Translations under genes and position numbers: made by a program
In this document: positions 35,587 through 45,559 of the stretch, piece after piece
Layout: each line of letters begins with the position of its first letter
Numbering within the stretch: position 1 is the first letter of the stretch
The notes under the pieces: model-generated
The model's input: only the letters and a program-made list of their open reading frames with translations
Told to the model about the DNA's origin: nothing
Database searches by the model: none
DNA from: an uncultured Candidatus Saccharibacteria bacterium
GTDB lineage: Bacteria > Patescibacteriota > Andersenbacteria > UBA10190
Reading direction: 5' to 3'
DNA length: 64,000 nucleotides
Assembly: GCA_964450915.1 (NCBI GenBank)
Contig: CAYVFG010000003.1
Coordinates: 3,217 to 67,216 of the forward strand

Positions 35587-37980
35587 ATGGCAGATATTGC
35601 ATATAATCACGCAGAAATTGAGAAAAAGTGGCAACAGCGCTGGGCTGAGGAAGGGACGTTTACGACGCCTGAATTGCCCGGAGCGAAGAAAAGCTACGTT
35701 CTCGACATGTTTCCGTATCCGTCCGGAGATGGGCTTCATGTAGGTCATCCGAAGGGGTACATTGCCACGGACGTATTTTCCCGCATGCAGCGCATGCAAG
35801 GCTACGATGTGTTGCATCCGATGGGGTGGGATGCGTTTGGATTGCCGGCAGAAAACTATGCAATTAAAAACAAAGTGCATCCTCGTGTAGCCGTTGAAAA
35901 AAACATTGCTCGGTTTAAAGAACAATTACAGAATATCGGGTTTTCATATGATTGGAATCGAGAAATAAATACTACTGACCCGGAATATTATAAATGGACG
36001 CAGTGGATCTTTTTACAGTTATACAAAAAAGGATTGGCGTATGAAAGCTTCGAGCCGATCAATTGGTGCCCATCGTGCCAGACCGGTCTTGCAAACGAAG
36101 ATGTGGAGCAAGGCAAATGCGAGCGCTGCGGATCGGTTGTTGAAAAGCGCCCGATGCGCCAATGGACGCTTAAAATTACTGATTATGCAGAAAAAATGCT
36201 TGCTGGGTTGGAAGGGCTTCCATGGCCAAAATCTATTATTGAGTCGCAGAGGAATTGGATTGGAAAATCGGAAGGTGCAGAGATTGGTTTTACTGTTGAG
36301 TTTAAAAAAGAAGGTGCGAAGCCAGGCTTGATTCCCGTATTCACTACTCGACCAGATACTTTATTTGGTTGCACGTACTTTGTATTGTCCCCCGAGCATA
36401 TATGGGTGCAATTAGCGACTGATGATAAGCATGATGTGCTGGAAAATAAAGAAGAAGTGAGAAAATACATCATTCAAGCTGCGAAGAAAACGGAAATAGA
36501 TAGAACGGATGCTACGAAAGAAAAAACGGGAGTTGAATTAAAGGGTGTGTGGGCAATTAATCCCGCAACTGGAGAAAAAATTCCAATGTGGGTTGCAGAT
36601 TACGTATTAGCTGATTACGGAACAGGAGCTGTGATGGCGGTGCCGGCTCATGATGAGCGCGATTTTGCGTTCGCGAAAAAATATGAGTTGCCGATTAAGA
36701 ATGTTATTGATGATCGTGGCGTGTTGACTGACTCTGGGGAATTTACTGGAATAAATGCTGAAGAAGCGAAGAAAAAAATAACGGAGAAATTTGGAAAAAT
36801 AACAACGAATTATAAGCTTCGCGACTGGGTATTTTCTCGTCAGCGATATTGGGGAGAGCCGATCCCGATTATTCATTGCGAAGAAGACGGTATTGTTCCT
36901 GTACCCGAGGATCAATTGCCTGTCGTATTGCCTGAAGTTGAGCATTATGAACCTGCAGGAACGGGAGAATCGCCATTGGCTTTAATTACTGACTGGGTGA
37001 ATACAACATGTCCGAAGTGCGGAAAGCCTGCTAAGCGGGAAACGAACACTATGCCGCAGTGGGCAGGGTCAAGCTGGTATTACTTGCGATATATTGATCC
37101 GAAAAATTCGGAAGCGCTCGTTGATGCTCAAAAGGAAAAAGCATGGATGCCCGTTGATCTATACGTTGGCGGAGCTGAGCATGCAACAAGGCATTTAATT
37201 TATGCTCGCTTTTGGCATATCTTCTTATATGAATTGGGCGTTGTAAGTACTCCAGAGCCATTTACGCGATTAGAGCATGTTGGGTTAATTCTTGCTGAGG
37301 ATGGCAGGAAGATGAGCAAGCGCTTTGGAAACGTGGTGAATCCGGACGATATCGTGGCATCAGTAGGCGCTGACACGCTTCGCATTTATGAAATGTTCAT
37401 GGGGCCGTTTAACCAAACAGTTGCATGGAGCACGGCAAGCATGAGCGGACCGAGAAAGTTTATTGAGCGTGTGTGGCGTTTGGCGCAAGCAAGTATGGCT
37501 GAGGATCATCAAAATTCTGATGCAGTATTATTCGCAATCAATAAGGCAATTAAGAAGGTTACGGAAGATACGGCTGCATTCCGATTTAATACGGCAATTT
37601 CAACGCTTATGGAATGCTTAAATGTATTTGAAAAAGAAAGAGTGGTTTCCAAGCAAAGTCTTGAAAAGTTTATCTTGTTGCTTTCGCCGTATGCTCCGCA
37701 TGTGTGCGAAGAATTATGGGAACAGTTGGGGCATGCTGATGGTATTTCTAAAACACCATGGCCCGTTGCAGATGAGAATTATCTAGAAGAGCAAAACATT
37801 GTTATCCCTGTACAAGTAAACGGCAAAGTGCGTGCAGAAATTGCAGTAACGCGCGATGCTGCCCAAGCCGATGTTGAGAAATTGGCAATGGCGCAAGAAA
37901 ATGTAGGTAAGTTTATAGACGGGAAAGAAGTTCGAAAAATAATCTACGTGCCAAACAAATTGCTTAATATTGTGTGTTAA
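35587..37980 (+). CDS. leuS: leucyl-tRNA synthetase
   Basis: MFPYPSGDGLHVGHPKGY (HIGH), KMSKRFGN (KMSKS), CP1 editing domain. Confidence 0.9.
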   Translation: MADIAYNHAEIEKKWQQRWAEEGTFTTPELPGAKKSYVLDMFPYPSGDGLHVGHPKGYIATDVFSRMQRMQGYDVLHPMGWDAFGLPAENYAIKNKVHPRVAVEKNIARFKEQLQNIGFSYDWNREINTTDPEYYKWTQWIFLQLYKKGLAYESFEPINWCPSCQTGLANEDVEQGKCERCGSVVEKRPMRQWTLKITDYAEKMLAGLEGLPWPKSIIESQRNWIGKSEGAEIGFTVEFKKEGAKPGLIPVFTTRPDTLFGCTYFVLSPEHIWVQLATDDKHDVLENKEEVRKYIIQAAKKTEIDRTDATKEKTGVELKGVWAINPATGEKIPMWVADYVLADYGTGAVMAVPAHDERDFAFAKKYELPIKNVIDDRGVLTDSGEFTGINAEEAKKKITEKFGKITTNYKLRDWVFSRQRYWGEPIPIIHCEEDGIVPVPEDQLPVVLPEVEHYEPAGTGESPLALITDWVNTTCPKCGKPAKRETNTMPQWAGSSWYYLRYIDPKNSEALVDAQKEKAWMPVDLYVGGAEHATRHLIYARFWHIFLYELGVVSTPEPFTRLEHVGLILAEDGRKMSKRFGNVVNPDDIVASVGADTLRIYEMFMGPFNQTVAWSTASMSGPRKFIERVWRLAQASMAEDHQNSDAVLFAINKAIKKVTEDTAAFRFNTAISTLMECLNVFEKERVVSKQSLEKFILLLSPYAPHVCEELWEQLGHADGISKTPWPVADENYLEEQNIVIPVQVNGKVRAEIAVTRDAAQADVEKLAMAQENVGKFIDGKEVRKIIYVPNKLLNIVC

Positions 37981-37995
37981 TATTCGGATGTATCT

Positions 37996-38667
37996 ATGAC
38001 TACTATCCCCCACGGCCGAGTTATGGACAGTGCGGCTCATGCTCCGGTTTCCGGAGCTCAAGTGATGATTTATGATGCAACGGGCAAGTTGCATTCTACG
38101 CTCACCACGAATGATCAAGGTGAATTTCCTACGAGCTTTCCGAAGGGCGAATATGGAATAACAATTCATGCTGCGGGTTATGCACTGGACGCCGAAGCAT
38201 CCTTTACGATGCCCAAAATCGCAGATGTGATGTATGACGGCGGAACGTTTGCAGTAGAGCAAGACGATGAACCAATAGACATTGTTGTGCCTGTGAAGAA
38301 AAATACTGATGAAAAACGATCCAGTTCCGGACTGCTTCGATCGCTCTGGGGTACGCTGCAGTTTGAAATGAGCAAACGGAATCGTAAAAAAAATTCATCG
38401 TATGGAATTGTTCGAGATGCCAGTACTCAAAAGCCACTCGATTTGGCTGTTATTCGTTTGTTTGATGAAAAAACGGGGCAATTACTAGAAACGAAGATTT
38501 CGGATACATACGGAAAGTTTTCGCTGTTTCCCTCGCCAGGCACGTACAGAATAACTATCAGTCGAGAGGGGTATGCAGATGCTGTACGCGAGCATATTCA
38601 AGTGTCTGCTACCGGAGAATCCACGCTTCTTGACCCTGTTGATTTGAACCAAAAACCTGTGGTATAA
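37996..38667 (+). CDS. protein with two carboxypeptidase-regulatory-like (CarboxypepD_reg) domains
   Basis: Two ~80-aa repeats (GAQVMIYDATGKL...GEYGITIHAAGYA and LAVIRLFDEKTGQL...GTYRITISREGYA). Confidence 0.5.
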   Translation: MTTIPHGRVMDSAAHAPVSGAQVMIYDATGKLHSTLTTNDQGEFPTSFPKGEYGITIHAAGYALDAEASFTMPKIADVMYDGGTFAVEQDDEPIDIVVPVKKNTDEKRSSSGLLRSLWGTLQFEMSKRNRKKNSSYGIVRDASTQKPLDLAVIRLFDEKTGQLLETKISDTYGKFSLFPSPGTYRITISREGYADAVREHIQVSATGESTLLDPVDLNQKPVV

Positions 38668-38675
38668 CCAAACCT

Positions 38676-39371
38676 ATGCAAGCAATTATTTTAATGGCAG
38701 GAAAAGGAACTCGCATGGCAAAGTACTACGAAGGCCCGAAGCAGCTGCTACCAGTTGCAGGAAAACCCGTTGTAGAATATTTGCTCCAAGCGCTTCCTGA
38801 GGAAATTACAGAATTAATTTTCGTTGTGGGCGGCCCGCATGAGGCCACAATTCGAGAGTATTTTAAATCGGGTGAGCATATGGGGCGTCCGATTACATTT
38901 GTAAAGCAAGAAGAGCAGCTGGGATTAGCTCACGCATTCTTTACGGCAAAGGATTTGATTCACGGTAAGTGGTTCGGTAGCGTTGCTGACGATATCTATG
39001 ATCCTGCAGCGCTTAAAGAGCTTGTGCAGCAAGACTTAGGGTTGTATTCATACCGAGTTCCTAATCCGGAACAGTTTGGCGTGCTTGTAGTTGACGAAGA
39101 TGGATACGTGGTAAAGGCAGTTGAAAAACCTCAAGAGTTTGTATCTGATTTGATTTGGGGCGGAGCGATGGTAATGGATGAGAGTTTCTTTGAGGTTGAA
39201 ATTACGCCATCAGCGCGCGGAGAATATGAAACCCCGGATGTATGGATGAAGCTAATTAACGAAAAAGGAAAGAAGATTAAAACGGTTGAATGCTCATATT
39301 GGTTCCCAGTAAATGACAAGCCACAATTAGACGCCGCAGAGGCGAAGATGAAAGAATTGGGGCTGGCGTAA
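38676..39371 (+). CDS. sugar-phosphate nucleotidyltransferase
   Basis: MQAIILMAGKGTRM...KQLLPVAGKPVVEY N-terminal NTP_transferase signature. Confidence 0.75.
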   Translation: MQAIILMAGKGTRMAKYYEGPKQLLPVAGKPVVEYLLQALPEEITELIFVVGGPHEATIREYFKSGEHMGRPITFVKQEEQLGLAHAFFTAKDLIHGKWFGSVADDIYDPAALKELVQQDLGLYSYRVPNPEQFGVLVVDEDGYVVKAVEKPQEFVSDLIWGGAMVMDESFFEVEITPSARGEYETPDVWMKLINEKGKKIKTVECSYWFPVNDKPQLDAAEAKMKELGLA

Positions 39372-39380
39372 TATCTTCCG

Positions 39381-39420
39381 AAAATAAAAAATCGCACTTA
39401 GATAAGTGCGATTTTTTATT
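39381..39420. terminator. bidirectional rho-independent terminator
   Basis: A-run, AATCGCACTT-agat-AAGTGCGATT, T-run, between convergent genes. Confidence 0.75.
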
Positions 39421-39431
39421 CTGTAGAGAGT

Positions 39432-40748
39432 TTATCCTCGTCCTACGCTGTGATATACGAATCCTTTCGCTTCCATATCTTTTGGATCGAACATATTTCT
39501 GCCATCAATGATGATTGGATTATGCAGAGATTTTTTAACTAGGTCCCAATCCGGATTTTTGAATTCGTCCCATTCCGTAACAATCACCAATGCATCCGCG
39601 TCTTTAAGAGCTTCTTCTTTAGAGGATACGTACGCAACTTTATCGCCAAGCACTTCTTTTGCAGTGTGGCGCGCTTCAGGGTCGTAGGCTGCAATAATAG
39701 CGCCGTCTTTGTGCAATCGTTCAACGATAGTGATACTTGGAGCGTTACGCATGTCGTCGGTGTTTGCTTTAAACGCTAGCCCCCACAATGCGATTTTCTT
39801 GCCCTTGGTAATCCAAAGCGCCTTTTCGATTTTCTGGATAAACAATTCGCGCATGTCTTCGTTGATTTTTTCCACTTCTTTTAACACGTCGAAGTTGTAG
39901 CCCAAGTCTTCTGCAATAGTAATAAATGCAGATACGTCTTTCGGGAAGCAGGATCCGCCGTATCCGATACCGGCATTTAAGAATGATTTGCCGATTCTGG
40001 AATCTAATCCCATGCCATACGTAACCTGATCAATATTTGCATTTGATAGTTCGCAGATGCGAGCAAGTGCATTCGCAAATGAAATCTTCATAGCCAAAAA
40101 CGAATTGCTTGCGTGTTTGATGAGCTCGGCGCTATTTACGTTCGTTTCAATAAACGGAGCATCGATCGGTTCGTAAATTTCTCGCATAATCTTTGCTGCT
40201 CGTTCGTTTTCAACTCCGACAACAATGCGATCCGGTTTCATAAAATCTTCAATAGCTGATCCTTCTCGCAAAAATTCAGGATTGCTGACGACATCAAAAT
40301 CGAGTCCGTGCTTATTGTATTGCTTTACCGTTTCAAGAACCCGTTCACCCGTTTTAACTGGCACGGTACTTTTATCTACGATGACTTTGTAAGAAGTAGC
40401 AGCTTCTGCAATTTCTCGAGTTGCTCCAGCAACGAATGATAGGTCTGCCCGACCATTTGCCTGTGGAGGAGTGTTAACGGCGATGAAAATGACTTCGGAT
40501 TGTTCCACTGCTTTTTTTAGGCTTGTAGTAAATGTAAGGCGGCCTTCTTTTACGTTCTTTTTTACAAGTTCTTCTAGGCCTGGTTCATAGATCGGAATAT
40601 GGCCGTTTTTTAGTTTCTCTATTTTTTGTTCGTTATTATCTACAAGAACGACCGTATGGCCGATTTCTGCTAAACATGTACCGGAAACAAGTCCTACGTA
40701 TCCTGCTCCTATAAATGCCAATGTGTGTGGGTTTGATGGTTTATTCAT
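39432..40748 (-). CDS. UDP-glucose/GDP-mannose dehydrogenase family nucleotide-sugar dehydrogenase
   Basis: FIGAGYVGLVSG NAD-binding motif, GGSCFPKD catalytic Cys, C-terminal UDP-binding domain. Confidence 0.85.
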   Translation of the reverse strand: MNKPSNPHTLAFIGAGYVGLVSGTCLAEIGHTVVLVDNNEQKIEKLKNGHIPIYEPGLEELVKKNVKEGRLTFTTSLKKAVEQSEVIFIAVNTPPQANGRADLSFVAGATREIAEAATSYKVIVDKSTVPVKTGERVLETVKQYNKHGLDFDVVSNPEFLREGSAIEDFMKPDRIVVGVENERAAKIMREIYEPIDAPFIETNVNSAELIKHASNSFLAMKISFANALARICELSNANIDQVTYGMGLDSRIGKSFLNAGIGYGGSCFPKDVSAFITIAEDLGYNFDVLKEVEKINEDMRELFIQKIEKALWITKGKKIALWGLAFKANTDDMRNAPSITIVERLHKDGAIIAAYDPEARHTAKEVLGDKVAYVSSKEEALKDADALVIVTEWDEFKNPDWDLVKKSLHNPIIIDGRNMFDPKDMEAKGFVYHSVGRG

Positions 40749-40767
40749 GTACTATGTATACCTAAAG

Positions 40768-41589
40768 TTATAGAAAAATACGAGTGTTGCTCTGTTTTAC
40801 GAGGTTGTCTTGCACTAAGGATTCTAGTATCTCTATTGCTGAGTAATCTTGCTCATCGTTTCTGAGTAGTTCTTCAAGATAATCTAATCCAGCATTCTTG
40901 GGCATGCTTTTTTCTGGCTGAGCTAGTAAGGTGCGCATTAGTTTTGCTCGATACGATCTAAAAGAGCCAGCAAATTTACTTTGTTTCGTATAATGCTTAC
41001 TTTTTTTATTTATTTTTTTATCTTTTAAAACCATCGCCCCATAGTCGAATAATGCCCAGTGCCAATTTGCAGGATCTTCTTTTGGGATAGATTTTTTTGC
41101 TAATTCTAGAATATCTTTATCGTGGACGTCTGTCTTATCGTGAAAAAAGAAGTGCAAATATACGCGCCTAATGTTTGTATCAATGAATGCTTCAGTATTT
41201 CCAAATGCGAAACAGGAAATTGCACCAGCAGTATACGGCCCGATGCCAGGCAGGGTAAGTAGAGTTTTTACGTCCTTCGGGAATTTGCCGTTATGATCTG
41301 TAATAATTGCTTTGCATGCTTCCTTTAAAAACCGTGCTCGGCGCCAATAGCCTAATCCTGACCATATTGCTAATAAGTCTGCATCTTTGCACTGCGCAAG
41401 CGATTTTATATTTGGAAATGCCTGTAAAAATTCTTTGTATTTAGGAAGCACTCGAGACACTTGGGTCTGCTGGAGCATGATTTCCGAAACCATAATTCGA
41501 TACGGATTTTTCGTATTTCTCCATGGCAGATTTCGCTTATTGCCTTTGTACCAATCAAGAATCGTTTTCTGGAATTTAGCGGTTGTCAT
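40768..41589 (-). CDS. HhH-GPD base-excision DNA glycosylase (MutY/Nth-like) without Fe-S cluster loop
   Basis: N-terminus ILDWYKGNKRNLPWR...IMVSEIMLQQTQV, HhH LLTLPGIGPYTAGAI, catalytic D. No C-terminal C-x6-C-x2-C-x5-C and no NUDIX-like domain. Confidence 0.7.
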   Translation of the reverse strand: MTTAKFQKTILDWYKGNKRNLPWRNTKNPYRIMVSEIMLQQTQVSRVLPKYKEFLQAFPNIKSLAQCKDADLLAIWSGLGYWRRARFLKEACKAIITDHNGKFPKDVKTLLTLPGIGPYTAGAISCFAFGNTEAFIDTNIRRVYLHFFFHDKTDVHDKDILELAKKSIPKEDPANWHWALFDYGAMVLKDKKINKKSKHYTKQSKFAGSFRSYRAKLMRTLLAQPEKSMPKNAGLDYLEELLRNDEQDYSAIEILESLVQDNLVKQSNTRIFL

Positions 41590-42112
41590 GAGGAAACAGT
41601 AATCCTTTCTTCGTGATAATTAAAAACCAAGGAGTGAATGTTTCGGGATGTTCACTAATTTCTTGTTCTAGGTCTTCTTTTGAAATCCATCTATATGCCA
41701 TCGCTTCTTCTGGATTAGGAACGATAACATCATCGTGCATTCCGGAGTAGACATGTAAATATTCGTGTTCTATTAAATTTGGCGGAACGGGAACGTTATA
41801 GATAAATGCTGTCTGCTTTGTAAGAGACGTATCAAATCCCATTTCTTCTTGAAGCCTTCTATGGGGAGCACTGTCCGTCGGCTCGTCTTTCATGGGGTGT
41901 CCGCAGCACGCGTTCGTCCATAAGCCTCCAGAGTGATATTTGGTGAGCGCTCGCTGCTGCAGGAGCATTTCGTCGTTGCTATTATAAATTAATATTGAAA
42001 ACGCTCGATGCAACAGGCCTTGCTGATGAACTGCTAGCTTTTCACCAGTTCCCACTTGCTCATCGTGCTCGTTAACTAGAATAATGGTGTTTTTTCGCTC
42101 TTCTTCTGTCAT
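41576..42112 (-). CDS. idi: isopentenyl-diphosphate delta-isomerase, type 1 (NUDIX fold)
   Basis: LHRAFSILIYNSNDEMLLQQRALTKYHSGGLWTNACCGHP matches the Idi type 1 active-site region. Confidence 0.85.
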   Translation of the reverse strand: MTEEERKNTIILVNEHDEQVGTGEKLAVHQQGLLHRAFSILIYNSNDEMLLQQRALTKYHSGGLWTNACCGHPMKDEPTDSAPHRRLQEEMGFDTSLTKQTAFIYNVPVPPNLIEHEYLHVYSGMHDDVIVPNPEEAMAYRWISKEDLEQEISEHPETFTPWFLIITKKGLLFPHDNR

Positions 42113-42119
42113 AGTGTTG

Positions 42120-42202
42120 TGCCGCGGGAGAGAATCGAACTCTCATGAAGTTGCCTTCGCAGGATTTTGAGTCCTGTGCGTCTACCGTTCCGCCACCACG
42201 GC
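42120..42202 (-). tRNA. tRNA-Leu (anticodon CAA), type II with long variable arm
   Basis: Minus-strand sequence GCCGUGG...CCGCGGC acceptor stem (7 bp incl. one G-U). Anticodon stem CAGGA/UCCUG with loop CUCAAAA. Variable arm GAAG-gcaa-CUUC. T-arm GAGAG-UUCGAUU-CUCUC. Discriminator A, CCA not encoded. Confidence 0.85.
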
Positions 42203-42339
42203 TGTTGTTACACTCTATATCCAGATGCATTTATTTTCCAGTCCGCATGCCTATTCGGCTCGCAACGTAGCTAAAACCGGCCTGGGCAAAACTGCCCATT
42301 GCGTAGGTGTGTAAAACTCTATACCATTTGAGGTATCGT

Positions 42340-43104
42340 ATGTCGGAAACACTTGCTGTAGTAAATCAGAAGGGTGGCGTGGGCAAGACAACCACGAGTG
42401 TTAATCTTGGCAGCTATTTGGCAGATTCTGGCAAAAACGTATTGATTGTAGATTTGGATCCGCAGGCGAATGCAACTGCCGGGGTCGGTGTTACGGTAGG
42501 CGAAGGGATTCCGAGCCTGTATGACTTGCTTGCGGGAGAAGTTCCTATCGAAAAAGTTATTTTCCCAACGCATTTGGAGCGATTGAACATTATTCCGTCT
42601 ACTCCGGACTTAGCAGGCGCTGCAATGGAGCTTATGGACGAAAGTTATCGAGAATACAGGTTGCGACGAGCGCTGAAGGCCGTAAAAGACAGTTACGATT
42701 TTATTTTAATTGATTGCCCACCAAGCTTGGGCTTATTGACGATTAATGGTCTTGCTGCAGCAGATAGGCTGCTTATACCTGTGCAATGCGAATTTTATGC
42801 ATTAGAGGGGTTGCATCAACTGTTAAATACTGTCGATTTAGTGAGAAAGCATCTCAATCCGCGATTGCAGGTGCTAGGCGCTGTGCTTACGATGTTTGAT
42901 CGCAGAACTGCGCTTTCTCGCAAAGTGGTACGCGAAGTGCGCAAAACATTCCCGGGCCACGTTTTTGAAAGCATTATTCCGCGCAATACGGAACTTGCGG
43001 AGGCCCCAAGCACCGGACAGACTATTTTAGAGTATGATCGATTATCTCCTGGAGCGCGAGCGTACGAATATTTGTCTGAAGAATTGTTGGATCTCTATTC
43101 TTAA
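42340..43104 (+). CDS. parA: ParA/Soj chromosome-partitioning ATPase
   Basis: Deviant Walker A VVNQKGGVGKTTTSVNLG. Start at MSETLAV. Confidence 0.9.
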   Translation: MSETLAVVNQKGGVGKTTTSVNLGSYLADSGKNVLIVDLDPQANATAGVGVTVGEGIPSLYDLLAGEVPIEKVIFPTHLERLNIIPSTPDLAGAAMELMDESYREYRLRRALKAVKDSYDFILIDCPPSLGLLTINGLAAADRLLIPVQCEFYALEGLHQLLNTVDLVRKHLNPRLQVLGAVLTMFDRRTALSRKVVREVRKTFPGHVFESIIPRNTELAEAPSTGQTILEYDRLSPGARAYEYLSEELLDLYS

Positions 43105-43119
43105 CTACTATTATTATCT

Positions 43120-44499
43120 ATGGGACTTGGACGAGGACTAGCATCACTTATTTCACGCCGCGACAATCAATCCGCTGACGATGTGCTCGAGCAGATCGAT
43201 AGCATGGAGGAATTAAATGAAGAAACGGGCGTGGTGCGCGATTTTCGAGATTTGCAGCGGGATGCTGATGATGAAGTGATTGCTGCGCCAAAAAAACCAC
43301 TGGTAACTCCTATTTTCTTGGATCCGGAGGATGCTCGTATGCACGAAGATGAAGTGGCGGAAAAAGTTTCTATTACAAAAGTTGTGGTGGAAGAAAAAAA
43401 TGAAGATATCGAAGAAGAGCCTGCGGAAGTAGAGGTTGAGGAAGTGGAGGTTACCGAGGAGCCGGCTGTTGAAGAGAAAACGGAACCAGTTACGCCAGAA
43501 GTTGAACTACCTCGTCCCGCCCCGCAGGGCGAGGCTCGCTCTGAAGAGCGGCCAGAAGAGCCCGAGGAGGCGGAAGATGATGACGATGTGTCTGAGGTAC
43601 TAGTTGCTCAGGCAATGAAGTACGACGGCATCTGGGACCGACACGAAGATACTGTTCGCCATATTCCTGTTGCAGATATTACCATTAACCCTCTCCAGCC
43701 GCGAAGATCGTTCGATGAAAATGAATTAAAAGATTTGCAAGAATCTATTTCAAAGAACGGAATTCTTCAGCCCTTGGTTGTTCGCAGATTGGATAACGAC
43801 AAGTTTGAATTGATTGCAGGGGAGCGGCGCTTGCGTTCTGCAAAGGCTCTTAAATGGGAAAAGGTTCCATGCGTTATTCGAAAAGATGTTTCTTCTGACC
43901 AATCTCGATTAGTGTTTGCGCTTGTCGAAAACATTCAGCGAGAAAACTTGAATCCAATTGAAGAAGCGCTGGCATATAAGCAGCTTAATGAGGATTACGG
44001 ATTGACTCATGAAGAAATTGGTCAGCGAGTAGGGAAGAGTCGTGTTGGTGTAACGAATATTGTCCGCGTATTGCAACTCCCTGCTGAAATTCAACGCGGA
44101 ATGGTGGAAGGAAAAATTACGATGGGACATGCAAAGGCAATCTTGATGATTCCGGATCCGGAAAAGCAAATTCGATTCTATCATCATTTGGTTGATGAAG
44201 GGCTTACGGTTCGAAAAGCAGAGCTCCGTGCCCGCAGAATTCAGCGAACGATGGTGACGGGCGTTTCAACTCCTCGCAATCGATTTAAGGATCGCCATCC
44301 ATTGTCGCTCAAGTACACACCCATGATCGAAGAGCGATTCGGATACTTAACTCACATTAAATACGAAGAAGATAAGAAGGCATTTGAAGTTGTGCTTCGC
44401 GCAACAAACGATAAAGAACTAGAAGAGCTTGTGGGCCGCTTACTAGGCCAGCGCTCATTGCCATCCAACGACCTGGATCGCGACGTGATTGAGGATTAG
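43120..44499 (+). CDS. parB: ParB/Spo0J chromosome-partitioning protein with ~170-aa acidic insertion
   Basis: Canonical N-terminal GLGRGLASLI peptide, then a Glu/Val/Pro-rich low-complexity region, then ParB box (ELIAGERRLRSAK), HTH and dimerisation domain. Confidence 0.9.
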   Translation: MGLGRGLASLISRRDNQSADDVLEQIDSMEELNEETGVVRDFRDLQRDADDEVIAAPKKPLVTPIFLDPEDARMHEDEVAEKVSITKVVVEEKNEDIEEEPAEVEVEEVEVTEEPAVEEKTEPVTPEVELPRPAPQGEARSEERPEEPEEAEDDDDVSEVLVAQAMKYDGIWDRHEDTVRHIPVADITINPLQPRRSFDENELKDLQESISKNGILQPLVVRRLDNDKFELIAGERRLRSAKALKWEKVPCVIRKDVSSDQSRLVFALVENIQRENLNPIEEALAYKQLNEDYGLTHEEIGQRVGKSRVGVTNIVRVLQLPAEIQRGMVEGKITMGHAKAILMIPDPEKQIRFYHHLVDEGLTVRKAELRARRIQRTMVTGVSTPRNRFKDRHPLSLKYTPMIEERFGYLTHIKYEEDKKAFEVVLRATNDKELEELVGRLLGQRSLPSNDLDRDVIED

Positions 44500-44519
44500 C
44501 GGAATTAATTGTTAAAATT

Positions 44520-45545
44520 ATGAGGGTGTCTGCTGTCAGTATAGCGTTGCTAGTAGCTGCTTTTCTGGTAGTTTTGATGCTTGGAATGGTTGCGCTGCAG
44601 CATCGTGCCTATGTTTCGCCTGTCATTGCTCGAAGCCAAGGACAAGTAACTGTTCATTCATGTTCCGGCATGAACGGCGTGAGCGAACCTTGCTATTGGA
44701 GATATGAATACAACGCGCCTGCTTGTGGGCAAGGAGCTTGTTCGAAAATGGTCATATTCTTTAGCGGTGGTGAAATGAACTGCGACGATTCGTACGGCAA
44801 CCCGAATACTGTGTATGGCAAGATATTGGATGCATATGCGCAGGATGGGTATGTTGCGGTGTGCGCAGGGACCTTCATAACAAGCAAGGGCGGGCAATCG
44901 ACCCCGTATTCCCAAGAAGCAACTCGGGTTGACGCGCTTGTAAAAAACATTCGGGCATCCTCGGATATTCTCAAGGCGTGGAATGGGGATCAGCTCCTCT
45001 TTTCCGGAGTTAGTCACGGTGCAACTGCGCCTGTAACAACGATGGCGCAAACAACGCTCGATGAGCAGGCAGCGTGGAAGGGGGCTAAAACAACAGGGGC
45101 GTGTTTCTTGGACGGCATGTATGACACCGTTGCTGCTGACGCATTTTTGCAGAATGGTACTCCTCGTGCACAATGCAATGCACTCCATACTGCAACTGCG
45201 TGCGCACGATATTTCAATACGTCTTCCTGCCCCGCTGTTACTCAAAGCAATGCTCTTGCGGCGCAGGATACGATCGTGCATGTAAACCCTTCTGTATTTA
45301 CTATTTCCCATTGGAAGCTCGTAGAGTGCGGAAGTGCCTTGCCTGCTTGCGGAGTACAAGGCAATCCAACAGCGGGCGATGCCCTGCCTGCTGCGCCAAT
45401 ACAGCAGCTATGCACCAGTATTCAAGGGGCATCTCAACAGTCCTGTACCTTTGGTTCGCTTCCTGACCAAAGTCATCAGATGTGCGCAGGAACTCCCCAA
45501 GGAATTAACCAATGCCAGAGTTGGTTTGATGGAATTGTTCGGTAG
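44520..45545 (+). CDS. secreted Cys-rich alpha/beta-hydrolase-like protein (esterase/depolymerase-like)
   Basis: N-terminal TM/signal, GxSxG (FSGVSHGATAP), ~20 cysteines, higher GC than neighbours. Confidence 0.5.
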   Translation: MRVSAVSIALLVAAFLVVLMLGMVALQHRAYVSPVIARSQGQVTVHSCSGMNGVSEPCYWRYEYNAPACGQGACSKMVIFFSGGEMNCDDSYGNPNTVYGKILDAYAQDGYVAVCAGTFITSKGGQSTPYSQEATRVDALVKNIRASSDILKAWNGDQLLFSGVSHGATAPVTTMAQTTLDEQAAWKGAKTTGACFLDGMYDTVAADAFLQNGTPRAQCNALHTATACARYFNTSSCPAVTQSNALAAQDTIVHVNPSVFTISHWKLVECGSALPACGVQGNPTAGDALPAAPIQQLCTSIQGASQQSCTFGSLPDQSHQMCAGTPQGINQCQSWFDGIVR

Positions 45546-45559
45546 GTGAAAGTCGTTAT

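Noticed and set aside
43380-43620. Repetitive GAAGAA/GAGGTT-rich DNA that could look like a repeat array
   Set aside because: It is the in-frame acidic low-complexity insertion of parB. There are no regular spacer-repeat units. No CRISPR array was found anywhere in the window.
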